A DNA stretch of 64,000 bases from a virus: the IMG/VR virus record IMGVR_UViG_3300032116_015700, positions 1-64,000 of that record; one strand, given 5' to 3'. Both the position numbers and the translations under genes were made by a program. Below the pieces are notes generated by a model that saw nothing but the letters and a program-made list of their open reading frames with translations, was not told the DNA's origin and made no database searches. Positions 18,851-28,907 of the stretch are shown piece by piece (the stretch's first letter is position 1; each line of letters starts with the position of its first letter).

Positions 18851-19224
18851 TGGTGGAGATGGTGGGATTCGAACCCACGTCTTACGAAGTAACCATAATA
18901 CCAGCTTTTCACACGTTTAGGATAAGGTTTAATCTTATTCACCTTCCAAAATAATTGGGGCCGTTTGGTTAGAACAGCGCTACCACCAACCGATTTAAAG
19001 TTTCGGTAAACTTAATGCTCATTCTTTTTAAATTCCACGATGAGTGCGGAAGGGATTAGGCTGCTACAGCGTAATCAGCACCTACGAATGCCATAACGTC
19101 ATCGAAGGTCCATGTAGATAATTCTACGTCATTTATTGTTTGATTCCGAGATTAAAGTGGTTTGAGAACCTTCCCACTACGTGTGATACTACAATTCGCA
19201 TCGCAATCAAGTCCAGTCATCCCC
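18851..19224 (-). ncRNA. ssrA: tmRNA (transfer-messenger RNA)
   Basis: 5' GGGGATG pairs with 3' CATCTCC-ACCA, giving the G3.U70 alanine identity pair. T-arm GTGGGTTCGAATCCCAC. Tag ORF 19130-19056 after ATAAAT reads (A)DVELSTWTFDDVMAFVGADYAVAA-stop. 374 nt. Confidence 0.95.
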
Positions 19225-19231
19225 ATATTTG

Positions 19232-19263
19232 TAAATATACAAAAAGTATTTGAATTTACCAAA
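19232..19263 (-). promoter_or_regulatory. Promoter of tmRNA
   Basis: TTTG-N20-TATATTTA ending 7 nt before the mature 5' end. Confidence 0.75.
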
Positions 19264-19629
19264 TTAATATAAAGAAAATTGCGAATGAAACGGAAGATGA
19301 TTTATAATACCAATAATTTTTTTTGAAGCTATTTTGAGTGATTGTTTATTTGAATTTTCAATTTCATTTAAATTACCTGTTATTCTCCATTCTAAAGAAG
19401 AAGTATTCCAAAATGGGTCAGTTAAATACTTCTCATACTCTTTTGAATTTATTTCATATATTGTGGCATCTTTATCATTAACTCTTTGAATAAAATACCT
19501 CACAATATATCCTCTCCTATAATCAATATAATTTGGAGTTGGTATAAATGTTCTAATAGTATGGTTTACTGGTCCACGCTTATTTTGTGCATTTAGCAAT
19601 TGATTATATTCAAATGTACTTATTCCCAT
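19264..19629 (-). CDS. Hypothetical protein (baseplate module)
   Basis: Intact ORF starting 1 nt after the hub-like gene stop. Confidence 0.6.
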   Translation of the reverse strand: MGISTFEYNQLLNAQNKRGPVNHTIRTFIPTPNYIDYRRGYIVRYFIQRVNDKDATIYEINSKEYEKYLTDPFWNTSSLEWRITGNLNEIENSNKQSLKIASKKIIGIINHLPFHSQFSLY

Positions 19630-19630
19630 T

Positions 19631-22600
19631 TTATTGTATTTGTCTATATTCTCCTTGTACTCTTGTTGTCCATTTCATATCCTGTATAGTTTGTTCAATT
19701 TCAGTCACTTGAAAGAACCCGTACTTACTATATTTATCCGGTATTCCAATTATATTAAACGTATCACCCCTTCTTATTCCACTTCTCCCTAATATTGTAA
19801 ATGAATATTTTATAGGAAGTGGTGGTGACATTTGTCCTTTTCCTAATACTGCAGGTACTTGATTTGTTTTAAGGATGTTTAAAAATTTGGAATCTCTACA
19901 ACAATAAATTTTAAATTTATTTTTAAATACATCAATATTATTTATAAAGTTATTTAAATCATCTTGTGTTAATGTATTTTGTGTTGGGTCAGGAACAATA
20001 TCAATTTTTTCTAAATTTTGTGATATATTTGCAGCTGCTGCTTGTTGTGCTGCTGCAGCAAATTCTTCACCTTTAGTTTTTAAATCATTCTCTATTCTCA
20101 ATTGCTCCGCTTTTTCCGCATCTACTTCTTTTTTTATTTTATCAATTTCAGCCTGTATTTCTTTTTGTTTACCTTTATAATAATTTAATTTAGCAGGGTC
20201 AGAAGTTTCGTTTACATCTATTTCAAAATATTCAGTACCATCAACACTATCTTCAAGTCTCTTATATGCTTTTATTCTTTTTTCATTTGCAGCAATTAGT
20301 TCTTCTTTCTTTTTTGTTTTTTCTTTGTTTGCGTTATTTTCTTTTTCTTTTTGTATTAATTCTTCACCAGATTTTTTTTGTTCTTCACTAATTGCTTTTT
20401 GGTTTACTGAATTTACTTTAGTTTGTAAATCGGTTGGTTTATCTTCACCAACTTTCGTTTGTGCAGTTTCATCTTCTTTTTTAGCACCCTCACCACTTGA
20501 TGAAGGTCCGCTATCTGCTACAGGTAAATATTTTTTAAAAAATCTATCAGTTGAATTAGAAAAACATCCCCCTATTGCAATATCCTTTTGGTCTGGATTT
20601 GATGATAAACTTAATCTTTGGTTTATAATTTTATTCATCATTGCACCAGGTATTTCAATATTCAAATCAGCTGCTAAAAATCTACTCTTTTCACCACTAT
20701 GAACAAACACAGGTGGTGTGACATTTTTTTTACCAACCCAATTTTCATCATAAACAGTAAAAATTGTAGTTTTTTGTCCATTTACAGTTTTATTTTTTTC
20801 AGCTATTTGAAAATTCCAAAACGAATTTGTTGCTAAACTCATTTCATTTAAAAGAGTTTGTAAAACCTCTCTCATAGTACGATTAGGTTTTTCCATTTCT
20901 TCTTTAAAAAAATCAAAATTTATATACAAGTTTTTAAGATACCCCCATTTATATGAGTCTTCTACAAACCCATCATCATTGAGGATATCTGATTGTGCAA
21001 ATCTTATTTCAACATCCCCTACTTTAATAGCGTTATCTATTAATTCTTCATCTAAGCTTAATTCAGCTCTATTTTGTTCCATAAAAAATTTACTAAAATT
21101 TGGCATCCAACCAGGTATTAATAATCTTTCTGGTTTAGTTGAATAAATTCCTTTAAATGCGCCAATTTTAGTATCATTAATATCAACTACAACATTAATT
21201 GGTATTGTTGAAACTAATAATGCTTTTAAATTAGAGTTAGCATTTAATATTTGTACTGCCTTTCCAAATCTTAAATACCTGTTTTTTGAAAATAATTTTT
21301 CTTTTGGTAACGGTAATCCACCAGCCAACATAATTTCAGTTGCGTTTGCTTGACCAGTTGGAGCTGCAGTAAATCCTCCTGCTCCACCAACTTGTCCAGG
21401 TTGCCCTGCAGGCTGTGGTGTTGGGTCTGCGGGTACGGGTGGTCCTTGCTTTAAAAACCAACGTTGCCCACTAGTCTTATTAATATCTTCACCCTTTTCA
21501 TTTTGTTTATAACCAAAACGTGCTCTTGATGTTTTTGCTTCTTCAAATTCAGTATCGGTTACTTTATTAGTCTCTTTCCACGTAATCCACGCAGGTGCTT
21601 TTTCTCCAGCTTTTCCCGTACCATTTACCCATTCATTTGCAATAAGGTTAAGTCTTTCCCATTTTTTAAATTCCGGGTCAGTTCTTTTTTTACCATTATT
21701 TGCATCTTCAGTAACTTTTCTTTCTTGACCTGATTGATTGGCTGCGGTATTAGTTGTTGACGTTGAATTAGTCCCTGCCGTACTAGAACTTCCCGATACA
21801 AATCCTCCCAATCCATCTATTGTTCTACCATCTCTATAAATTGAAATTTGATTTTCTATTACAGGATCTAAATTAATAAAATCTAAATTGGAAAATTGGT
21901 CAGTTTTACTAAATAATAAGTTTTTTACTTGTGTTGTCTGACGAGTTTTTGGAAGTTGATTAAACATAAATTTAAATCTTCTTTCCGCCATTTGGTCTGC
22001 TGATTCCAAGTTTAAATCAGGTAATGTAAATGGATGTGTTGCATCATCATTTGATATTACACCTTTTTTGTTTGCTTTTTCAACATTATGGTGAGTTTGT
22101 AAATATGTTGGTAATCCAGGTGCACCTCTTAATTTAATTGAAATTTCAAATGCATCTCCATTAGAAACTACATTACCACCTACAATAAAACCAAAAAATG
22201 AGTCATACTCACCACCTGTATCCCTTCTCCATTCATGCAATGTTGAATAGTCTAGATTTCTATTACCAACCAAATATGCAATTTTTCTTGCATCAGAAGT
22301 ATTAATTAATCCAGAGTATGCGTTGGCCGTGTTCCATCCGTATTCTAAATTTAACGAATGACCAGGCTCCATAAAATATTTTTGAATTAATTCTACCTGC
22401 CCTAATGTAAATGCGGTAATTTTTAAATCAGCATGTCTAGATATTTGGTCCTTTCCTTCTTTAATGTTTATCGCAGTAACAATAGGTGATGGTTTAAAAG
22501 GTATATCTCCTATTTCAGTATTACTTACGTTAATTGGTTTACCATTCCAATCTACACCAATAGTACCACTTCTATCCGCATTACCATAAAAAGATGCCCC

Positions 22601-22774
22601 ATTAAGACCGGTTGCTTCAAAAAGTTTCCAATCAGGATTAGAAATCATTATACATCCATCTCCTGTGCCTGATATTAATCTTACAAACACATTTAGTCTT
22701 GAATAATCTAAAAGGCTTGTATTTTTAATTTTATCAACAATTACACTCTCTATTGCGGTAAGACGTGGAAACAT
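19631..22774 (-). CDS. Probable baseplate hub-like protein with low-complexity insertions
   Basis: Position after tape measure and LysM genes. C-terminus SFTILGRSGIRRGDTFNI...FQVTEIEQTI...WTTRV resembles hub (gp27/gpD) ends. Confidence 0.55.
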   Translation of the reverse strand: MFPRLTAIESVIVDKIKNTSLLDYSRLNVFVRLISGTGDGCIMISNPDWKLFEATGLNGASFYGNADRSGTIGVDWNGKPINVSNTEIGDIPFKPSPIVTAINIKEGKDQISRHADLKITAFTLGQVELIQKYFMEPGHSLNLEYGWNTANAYSGLINTSDARKIAYLVGNRNLDYSTLHEWRRDTGGEYDSFFGFIVGGNVVSNGDAFEISIKLRGAPGLPTYLQTHHNVEKANKKGVISNDDATHPFTLPDLNLESADQMAERRFKFMFNQLPKTRQTTQVKNLLFSKTDQFSNLDFINLDPVIENQISIYRDGRTIDGLGGFVSGSSSTAGTNSTSTTNTAANQSGQERKVTEDANNGKKRTDPEFKKWERLNLIANEWVNGTGKAGEKAPAWITWKETNKVTDTEFEEAKTSRARFGYKQNEKGEDINKTSGQRWFLKQGPPVPADPTPQPAGQPGQVGGAGGFTAAPTGQANATEIMLAGGLPLPKEKLFSKNRYLRFGKAVQILNANSNLKALLVSTIPINVVVDINDTKIGAFKGIYSTKPERLLIPGWMPNFSKFFMEQNRAELSLDEELIDNAIKVGDVEIRFAQSDILNDDGFVEDSYKWGYLKNLYINFDFFKEEMEKPNRTMREVLQTLLNEMSLATNSFWNFQIAEKNKTVNGQKTTIFTVYDENWVGKKNVTPPVFVHSGEKSRFLAADLNIEIPGAMMNKIINQRLSLSSNPDQKDIAIGGCFSNSTDRFFKKYLPVADSGPSSSGEGAKKEDETAQTKVGEDKPTDLQTKVNSVNQKAISEEQKKSGEELIQKEKENNANKEKTKKKEELIAANEKRIKAYKRLEDSVDGTEYFEIDVNETSDPAKLNYYKGKQKEIQAEIDKIKKEVDAEKAEQLRIENDLKTKGEEFAAAAQQAAAANISQNLEKIDIVPDPTQNTLTQDDLNNFINNIDVFKNKFKIYCCRDSKFLNILKTNQVPAVLGKGQMSPPLPIKYSFTILGRSGIRRGDTFNIIGIPDKYSKYGFFQVTEIEQTIQDMKWTTRVQGEYRQIQ

Positions 22775-23064
22775 TATTCAGTAAATTTATTAACTATTTC
22801 AATATATTGTACAGGTATTCTCAAAACAGTACCATCTTCAAAACCAAATACTGCATTATGAATATTATTAGCCGATGCAATAATCCACCATAAATTTGGG
22901 TCATTATAAAAAGTTTTTGCCAATGTATCCAATCTATCACCGGTTTCAGTTGCTATGTATATATCACTTTCTCTTAAAGGAATATTAGGAAATCTTCTAG
23001 TACGATAGACGGTTTTACCATCTATTGTTTTTCTTGTTCCTAATCTTGCATATCTACTTTTCAT
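22774..23064 (-). CDS. LysM-like baseplate protein (tail protein X / gp53-like)
   Basis: GDRLDTLAKTFYNDPNLWWIIASANNI...GTVLRIP. Confidence 0.8.
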   Translation of the reverse strand: MKSRYARLGTRKTIDGKTVYRTRRFPNIPLRESDIYIATETGDRLDTLAKTFYNDPNLWWIIASANNIHNAVFGFEDGTVLRIPVQYIEIVNKFTE

Positions 23065-23076
23065 ATATTAAGTTAA

Positions 23077-25149
23077 TTAAAGTTGAGCAGGAGGATTTAC
23101 AGCACTACCATCTCCAAAAAATTGTTTATTTGTTCTTTTTTGAACATAAATATATCTCCAAGTTGTTGTTCCTTCTATTCTTTGTTGAGTATTAGATTTC
23201 GTTAATCTTAATCTTTTTTGAATTTTTTTAGCTTCATCACTATCATCATCAAATTGCGTATCACTACCTTGTTCATCTTTTTCAGGTGTCAGAGGAGTAG
23301 CAGAAGGTGTACCTTTATTTGTTGACTCAAATTTATTAGCATTTTGTCTGTTAGCTTCTAACCTTGCATCATCTTTTGATGGTTTATATCCATACAAATA
23401 GTCTCCAACCAACGCTTTATTACTTTGTGTTTCTGAACCAGGAACATAATTAAATGTATTTGATTTTGCTTCAACAAATTTTAGTGTCAAAGTAATTTCT
23501 ATAATCATTGGTAAGCGGTAGTTTTGTACATCCTGCCCATTTAAACCAACTTCCCATGGATAGTCATCATCTATGTTATAAGTCATATTTTCTATAAAAC
23601 ATTCCTTATTTCTGTACATATCCCCTAAAGTAATTCTTAAAAATGGTGCTGATACGGCGCCTGTTATATTTTCATAATTTTGTGGATATACTAAAGATGA
23701 AAGGTAGGCTATTTTATGCCAATTCATTTTATGTTCTTCTTTATGTAAAGATGCAACTTTAAATGTAAACTGAACACTTCTTTCTATACTTTGATATGTG
23801 TAAAAATTAAACGGTGAACCAATGAATCGGCTACTATCCCAAGTTGGTGAAAATTGTTCACTTAAACCAGTAATTGTTCCTCTAAATACAACTGCTGTAG
23901 AGTTTGCTATTGAAACAAATTTTAATGGAATATAATCTAAACCATCTAATTGTTTTTCAACTTCGGCTGTTTTTTCTGATTTATTAAAAGGACCGGTCTG
24001 ATTTAAAACATCTCTATAAAGTTTTCCAACATCAGTTAAACCCAATTTATTTCTATCAGTTGTTCTTTGAACTTTTGAATAAATAGGATTTTCATCGGTT
24101 TCATATTCTGATTTATTTTGTGCTAATTCTGGTAAAAATTTTAGTTTTGTTTGTTTTGCAGTTTCTGCATCTCCAACATAATTTGCTAATAAATTACTTG
24201 ATAAATCGTTTCTTTCTGTATAATCAGTATCATTTGTTTTAAACGGCTGATTAGCAAAATTGAGTGGGTTTTTTCCAAAATCTCTCTCATTTTTTGTTAC
24301 ATCGGAATATTTTCTTAATGATGAATATTTAATACTCACATTTCCGGTTTCTCTGAGCTCTTTCGCTAATTGTTGAGCTTTTTCTCCACCCGTTGATAAC
24401 CAACCTGCAACTTTTTTTGCAACCAATTTTTTAGCTTGCTCTTGTGCTATGTTTAAACCTTGATTGACCAATGTTTGTTTTATTTGGTCAGGTGTTCCAG
24501 TTGCGTTTCTAGCTAAAAATGTTGCAACTTTTGTACCATTTGAAATATTTTTAAGAGTTGCCAGTATTTGATGTGTACGAAATTCTTCACTTACACCTGG
24601 TACTTTTATTTTAAATAACGGACTAGAAACAACTTTTGAAGGTATTAATACATCTGGAAAAAATGAACCAAATGTATTTTTAAATTGTCCAACTGCTTTT
24701 GTTGCAAGTGCTTTTGGATTAAATGTTGCAGGAACTCCAACTGCCTTTGAAGCACCAAATTTAAATGCCTCTCCTACAGTATCTCCTACAATTTGTGCAG
24801 CAGTTGCTGCTAATCCTTTACCCCCAGTTCCAATCTTCATTGTTTCTACTAATGAAGTTTGTTGTGTGGACATTCTTAATACATCAGTACCATAAATGGC
24901 AGGTGAACCTAAAACCATGTATTGAAATAATCCAACGTTTTCTTGTTCTAATCTCGTTTCTCCAATTCTTTCTGTCTTATTTCCACTTCTCAATCTAATA
25001 ATACCAGGTGTAGCAGTTTTGTTTAATGCAAAACTCGTAGATGATATAGGTACACTTTTACTATCTCTAACTTCAAACGCATCTTTTGGCGTTTGATTTG
25101 CAAGAGTATCATATTTTTTATTATTAAAAAGTTCTAATAATGTTGGCAT
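23077..25149 (-). CDS. Tail/baseplate protein with C-terminal tube-initiator-like domain
   Basis: FRGTITGLSEQFSPTW...GSPFNFYTYQSIERSVQFTFKV...PFLRITLGD...IEITLTLKF; lies between tape measure and LysM genes. Confidence 0.55.
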   Translation of the reverse strand: MPTLLELFNNKKYDTLANQTPKDAFEVRDSKSVPISSTSFALNKTATPGIIRLRSGNKTERIGETRLEQENVGLFQYMVLGSPAIYGTDVLRMSTQQTSLVETMKIGTGGKGLAATAAQIVGDTVGEAFKFGASKAVGVPATFNPKALATKAVGQFKNTFGSFFPDVLIPSKVVSSPLFKIKVPGVSEEFRTHQILATLKNISNGTKVATFLARNATGTPDQIKQTLVNQGLNIAQEQAKKLVAKKVAGWLSTGGEKAQQLAKELRETGNVSIKYSSLRKYSDVTKNERDFGKNPLNFANQPFKTNDTDYTERNDLSSNLLANYVGDAETAKQTKLKFLPELAQNKSEYETDENPIYSKVQRTTDRNKLGLTDVGKLYRDVLNQTGPFNKSEKTAEVEKQLDGLDYIPLKFVSIANSTAVVFRGTITGLSEQFSPTWDSSRFIGSPFNFYTYQSIERSVQFTFKVASLHKEEHKMNWHKIAYLSSLVYPQNYENITGAVSAPFLRITLGDMYRNKECFIENMTYNIDDDYPWEVGLNGQDVQNYRLPMIIEITLTLKFVEAKSNTFNYVPGSETQSNKALVGDYLYGYKPSKDDARLEANRQNANKFESTNKGTPSATPLTPEKDEQGSDTQFDDDSDEAKKIQKRLRLTKSNTQQRIEGTTTWRYIYVQKRTNKQFFGDGSAVNPPAQL

Positions 25150-25161
25150 TTTACTAATTTT

Positions 25162-27546
25162 TTATTGAAGTGCAAAATCGTTTCTAGTTCCTCTACCTAC
25201 AACTTTTGCCACACCTGCTGTAACTCTATCACCGTCCATATAAACACCTATCTTTCCCGCTTGCATATCTGCTCTTACACCTCTAAATTCTTGAATTAGT
25301 GCTCCTATCATATTATTACTATTTGAAGATATTACTGATTGAGTCTGACCACCTGTATTATTAATTGTAGATAATGCTTTTACTGCACCAGGTGCAGCTA
25401 CAACATCATCATTTTTTGATAAATTAAGTAAAGCTCCTTCTTTTGTAGAAATTTGAGTTTTACCACTAGCAGGTGACATCACATCTCCAGCTGCTTGGCC
25501 CTTTGCTTTACCCATTTGTGACATAAAACCCGCAACTGCGGCTATAGCGAGAGGAACACCAAAAGGCCCCAACCACGCTAATCCAGCAAATATAGCACTT
25601 ATCGCTGAGCCTACCATTGAGATTAATAAAGGAGAAAGAACAACTAGCATTGCAATCGCTCCAGCTTTACCTTCTTTTAACCCTTGAATAAACATCTGAA
25701 TACCTGCTACTGCCCATTCTAATGGTTTAAATAACATTTCCATTACAGGTACTAAAGATGTCATAAGTGGCATCAATGTACCACCTAATTGAGCTATTAT
25801 ACCTTTAAAGGAATCTTCCATTTTGGTAAGTTGTCCATTTATTTCCTGTTGCTTTGAAAATTCTTCAACTTTTTGTTTTAATTGGTCTTCATTTAAATTA
25901 CTTATATCTAATCCTTTAGCAATGGCATCTTCTGCTGCTTTTTTATCAGTTTCATTTAAATTAGCCAATTGTTCTCTCATTGCCAATTGTTTGCTAATTT
26001 GTTCAACTGTCATATTTGTAGCATCTGCTAATGCTCTTTTGGAAAACACATCCATTTTAGTAAAATCTCCGGCTTGCTCAATAGCATCTAATGATGCTTT
26101 TTGTGCTCCTAGTATATCACCTTCATAAGCCAGTGCTCTTGCTCTACTTAAATTGAATTGACCACCAACCATAGTTGCCGCAACCAATTCTTTTTCTATA
26201 CCATTTTCAAAATCAAGAAGACCTTCAGCAGTTTTTTCAACTTCTTGTAGATTAGTACCCAATCTTTTAGCCTCTGCAGCCTGTTTTATTAATAGTGAAA
26301 CATCTCCTTTAAAATATTTTGCTGTTATGCCCGCACTTTTAGCTATGTCCTCCATCATTTCTTTTGGAGATACTTTCAATTGTTTAGCTAAATTTATAGC
26401 TTGCATTTGAACATTTGCGGCAGTTTGTTGTGATAACCCACCAATTTGTTCAAAAATACCTTGTACCTCTGCACCAGTTTGGGCCGAAACACCAAAGTTG
26501 GATTTCATTAAAGTAATTGCACTTAATGTTTGTTCCGAGTGTGCTACAACATCACTAAATGTATTTGCTAAAGCGTTGGCAGTATCATAAACATCTTTCA
26601 GTTCTACACCCACTTTTCTATAATACATTTCTATGTGGTGTGCCTGATGTCCTAATTCTTCGGTTTGAGAAACAGTCATACCCGTTTCTTTTCTATAATC
26701 TTCCGCTGCTTTATCTAATTCTGAAAATGCATGATATGCCGCCATTAACGCACCGGCTAAAAGAAATGTACCCGCTAATTTGAGTGACATTGATTTAGCA
26801 ACTGAACCCATTTCTTTAACAAACCCTAATGCAGATTGTACCGATTCTGGTAAAATATGTGCCATCTTATGTTGTTGCTCGTGTATTTTTTTTATTCTTT
26901 CTTCTGCAGCTAACAATTTTTCTTTTGCTTTAAAACTTGCTTCTGCTGCGGCTTTATCTTTACCTGTCAATCCAGCTGTATCTCTTTGAAATTTTTGCTT
27001 TCTTTTTTCTGCTTCACTTATACCATGTGCGTGTTTTTTTGCCTCAATCATTGATTCAGCAGCACCCTCTTGTTGATTTCTTATGTTAGTTAGGACATCT
27101 ATTCTCTTTTGTAATTGAGAATATTCTTCATCTGAAGCATTTATTTGTTCTTTTTTTAATTCTAAAATTCTTCCAGTTATAGTTGAAAATGCGTTACTCT
27201 CATTTGTAGATTTTTGTAAAGTTGTTTGAACATCTTTACCCAATCTACCAAAAGATTTTTGAAAATCTTCTTGCGTATCATTATAATCTCCTTGTCTTTT
27301 TAATGCTTTTTCCCAAACATCTGTATATTCTTTTGATTTCTTTTCGGAATCAGATATTACTTTTAATTCCTCTTTTAAATTCTTTATATGTTCTTTATCC
27401 TGCTCATTTCTTTTTTTAAGACGCTTGATTTCATCTTGTCCTGCCAACGCCATACGTTTATTACGTTCTTCTATTCGTTGTTGGACTTCGTTCTGTTCGT
27501 CTAACAGCTGCTTCTTTTTGGATTCATCGGATAAATTTTCTGCCAT
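25162..27546 (-). CDS. Tail tape measure protein
   Basis: 794 aa, helical/coiled-coil and Ala/Gln/Lys-rich, with a hydrophobic segment near the C-terminus; follows tube and chaperone genes. Confidence 0.8.
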   Translation of the reverse strand: MAENLSDESKKKQLLDEQNEVQQRIEERNKRMALAGQDEIKRLKKRNEQDKEHIKNLKEELKVISDSEKKSKEYTDVWEKALKRQGDYNDTQEDFQKSFGRLGKDVQTTLQKSTNESNAFSTITGRILELKKEQINASDEEYSQLQKRIDVLTNIRNQQEGAAESMIEAKKHAHGISEAEKRKQKFQRDTAGLTGKDKAAAEASFKAKEKLLAAEERIKKIHEQQHKMAHILPESVQSALGFVKEMGSVAKSMSLKLAGTFLLAGALMAAYHAFSELDKAAEDYRKETGMTVSQTEELGHQAHHIEMYYRKVGVELKDVYDTANALANTFSDVVAHSEQTLSAITLMKSNFGVSAQTGAEVQGIFEQIGGLSQQTAANVQMQAINLAKQLKVSPKEMMEDIAKSAGITAKYFKGDVSLLIKQAAEAKRLGTNLQEVEKTAEGLLDFENGIEKELVAATMVGGQFNLSRARALAYEGDILGAQKASLDAIEQAGDFTKMDVFSKRALADATNMTVEQISKQLAMREQLANLNETDKKAAEDAIAKGLDISNLNEDQLKQKVEEFSKQQEINGQLTKMEDSFKGIIAQLGGTLMPLMTSLVPVMEMLFKPLEWAVAGIQMFIQGLKEGKAGAIAMLVVLSPLLISMVGSAISAIFAGLAWLGPFGVPLAIAAVAGFMSQMGKAKGQAAGDVMSPASGKTQISTKEGALLNLSKNDDVVAAPGAVKALSTINNTGGQTQSVISSNSNNMIGALIQEFRGVRADMQAGKIGVYMDGDRVTAGVAKVVGRGTRNDFALQ

Positions 27547-27555
27547 ATTTTATAA

Positions 27556-27792
27556 TTACTTACTTAAAAATCCAGCTTTTTTCAAGTAATCGTAAATGTC
27601 TGGATTTTCTTTTTTTATACGATTTAATTGAACAATTGTATCTGAATTTATTTTTTCATAATCTTTCATTATTTTTTTCAATTCAGGATCATCATCAATC
27701 ACCTTTTGAATTGGTTTAGGTGCAGGTTTTTTTCCTGTAATAAAATCCCAAAATTTTTGAAAATTTCCTTCTGATATTTTATATCTTTTCAT
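27556..27792 (-). CDS. Hypothetical protein
   Basis: 78-aa ORF with an ATATTTATA box at 27813-27821. Confidence 0.55.
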   Translation of the reverse strand: MKRYKISEGNFQKFWDFITGKKPAPKPIQKVIDDDPELKKIMKDYEKINSDTIVQLNRIKKENPDIYDYLKKAGFLSK

Positions 27793-27826
27793 AATGAGTA
27801 TAATTTAACACTTATAAATATCCTAT

Positions 27827-27863
27827 AAAAGAAAAAAGTTAGGATTATCTTTTAATCCTAACT
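27827..27863 (-). terminator. Intrinsic terminator overlapping the stop of the chaperone extension
   Basis: AGTTAGGATTA-aaaga-TAATCCTAACT followed by TTTTTCTTTT. Confidence 0.7.
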
Positions 27864-28060
27864 CTTGAAGGTTGTTTTTGTGTTTGTGCGTTTTTCACAC
27901 TTTCATTCTCTTTTTTCTTTGCATCTGCTAACTTATTATAATAAAAGTTTCGTAGATACGTTGGCATATTATATATTTCCATTACCGTAAATCCTTGTCC
28001 ATAGTACACCATATCAAAGATTTGTGTATGGAGATTTATGCTATGATTACTCGGAAGGCC
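27845..28060 (-). CDS. Tail assembly chaperone C-terminal extension (gp51/GT-like), probably reached by frameshift; first in-frame ATG at 28012
   Basis: Not in the track. Frame reads GLPSNHSINLHTQIFDMVYYGQGFTVMEIYNMPTYLRNFYYNKLADAKKKENE...KR-stop and is open from the T7 run at 28061-28067. Confidence 0.7.
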   Translation of the reverse strand, partial: GLPSNHSINLHTQIFDMVYYGQGFTVMEIYNMPTYLRNFYYNKLADAKKKENESVKNAQTQKQPSRVRIKR

Positions 28061-28802
28061 AAAAAAAGTTTACGCCTAATGCAATAGGCGCCTCCTCCAC
28101 CTCTCCATTTTCATGAGTATAAGTAAATTTCATATCCATATCCGGAGAAATTGCTTTAACATAATCTCTAAATGCTTTACTATCTCTAGCTAACATATTA
28201 TTAATATATTTAGTGATATGTCCAATATCAGAATTTCCGTCTACTGATTTTATCATATATCTCAAACGAGTGGTAATATCACTCTTTATATCTTTATTAA
28301 GTTTTTCTAATGCCGTAATATCCTTCTCTACAGCCTTTTCATCACCGTGTGTCAATAGTTTGAATATAAGTTTATTTTTACCAGCTGGTGTTATAAACTC
28401 AAATTCGTTTTTACTATTATAAATTGAAGTATCAACATTTTTTGTTTTTATTTGGGAAAGGTCACATCTTGCTTTCAAAACTTCATTTTTTACCGAAGAA
28501 AAAAAAGAAAAATCATAATCTGGACCATAACCCAACATACGCGTTGCTAATAATATTGCGTTTTTATCTCCTATTAGTATTTCATCAGGATTAATATTAT
28601 CAACTAAAATAGATTCAAATAATTTATCTAAAACTATACCCTTTCTAATTAGATTACCTGAAGCTAAAATATCTTCTTCTTTAGCTGTCATTAATTTTAT
28701 TGTAATTCTACCAGATGAAAGTGGATTATCTTTTGGATAAAGTTTACCTTCAGATGGTAAATCTAACACTTCCGTTGGAAAATCAAATTGTTTTTCTTGC
28801 AT
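28047..28802 (-). CDS. Tail/baseplate assembly chaperone (T4 gp26-like)
   Basis: LPSEGKLYP, MTAKEEDIL, GDKNAILLATRMLGYG, ends NFFWP; lies between tube and tape measure genes. Confidence 0.75.
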   Translation of the reverse strand: MQEKQFDFPTEVLDLPSEGKLYPKDNPLSSGRITIKLMTAKEEDILASGNLIRKGIVLDKLFESILVDNINPDEILIGDKNAILLATRMLGYGPDYDFSFFSSVKNEVLKARCDLSQIKTKNVDTSIYNSKNEFEFITPAGKNKLIFKLLTHGDEKAVEKDITALEKLNKDIKSDITTRLRYMIKSVDGNSDIGHITKYINNMLARDSKAFRDYVKAISPDMDMKFTYTHENGEVEEAPIALGVNFFWPSE

Positions 28803-28853
28803 AACGTTATATTTTGTTTTGTATATATAAATACATTATTCTAAAAAAATTAG

Positions 28854-28890
28854 AAATAAAAAAGGGATACCTTTTGAGTATCCCTTATTT
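28854..28890 (-). terminator. Intrinsic terminator after the tail tube gene
   Basis: AAGGGATAC-tcaaaag-GTATCCCTT followed by TTTTATTT. Confidence 0.75.
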
Positions 28891-28907
28891 TTATCTTTTT
28901 TCTTAAA

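Noticed and set aside
18851-18885. tRNA gene suggested by T-arm and CCA
   Set aside because: No anticodon arm; it is the 3' end of the tmRNA.
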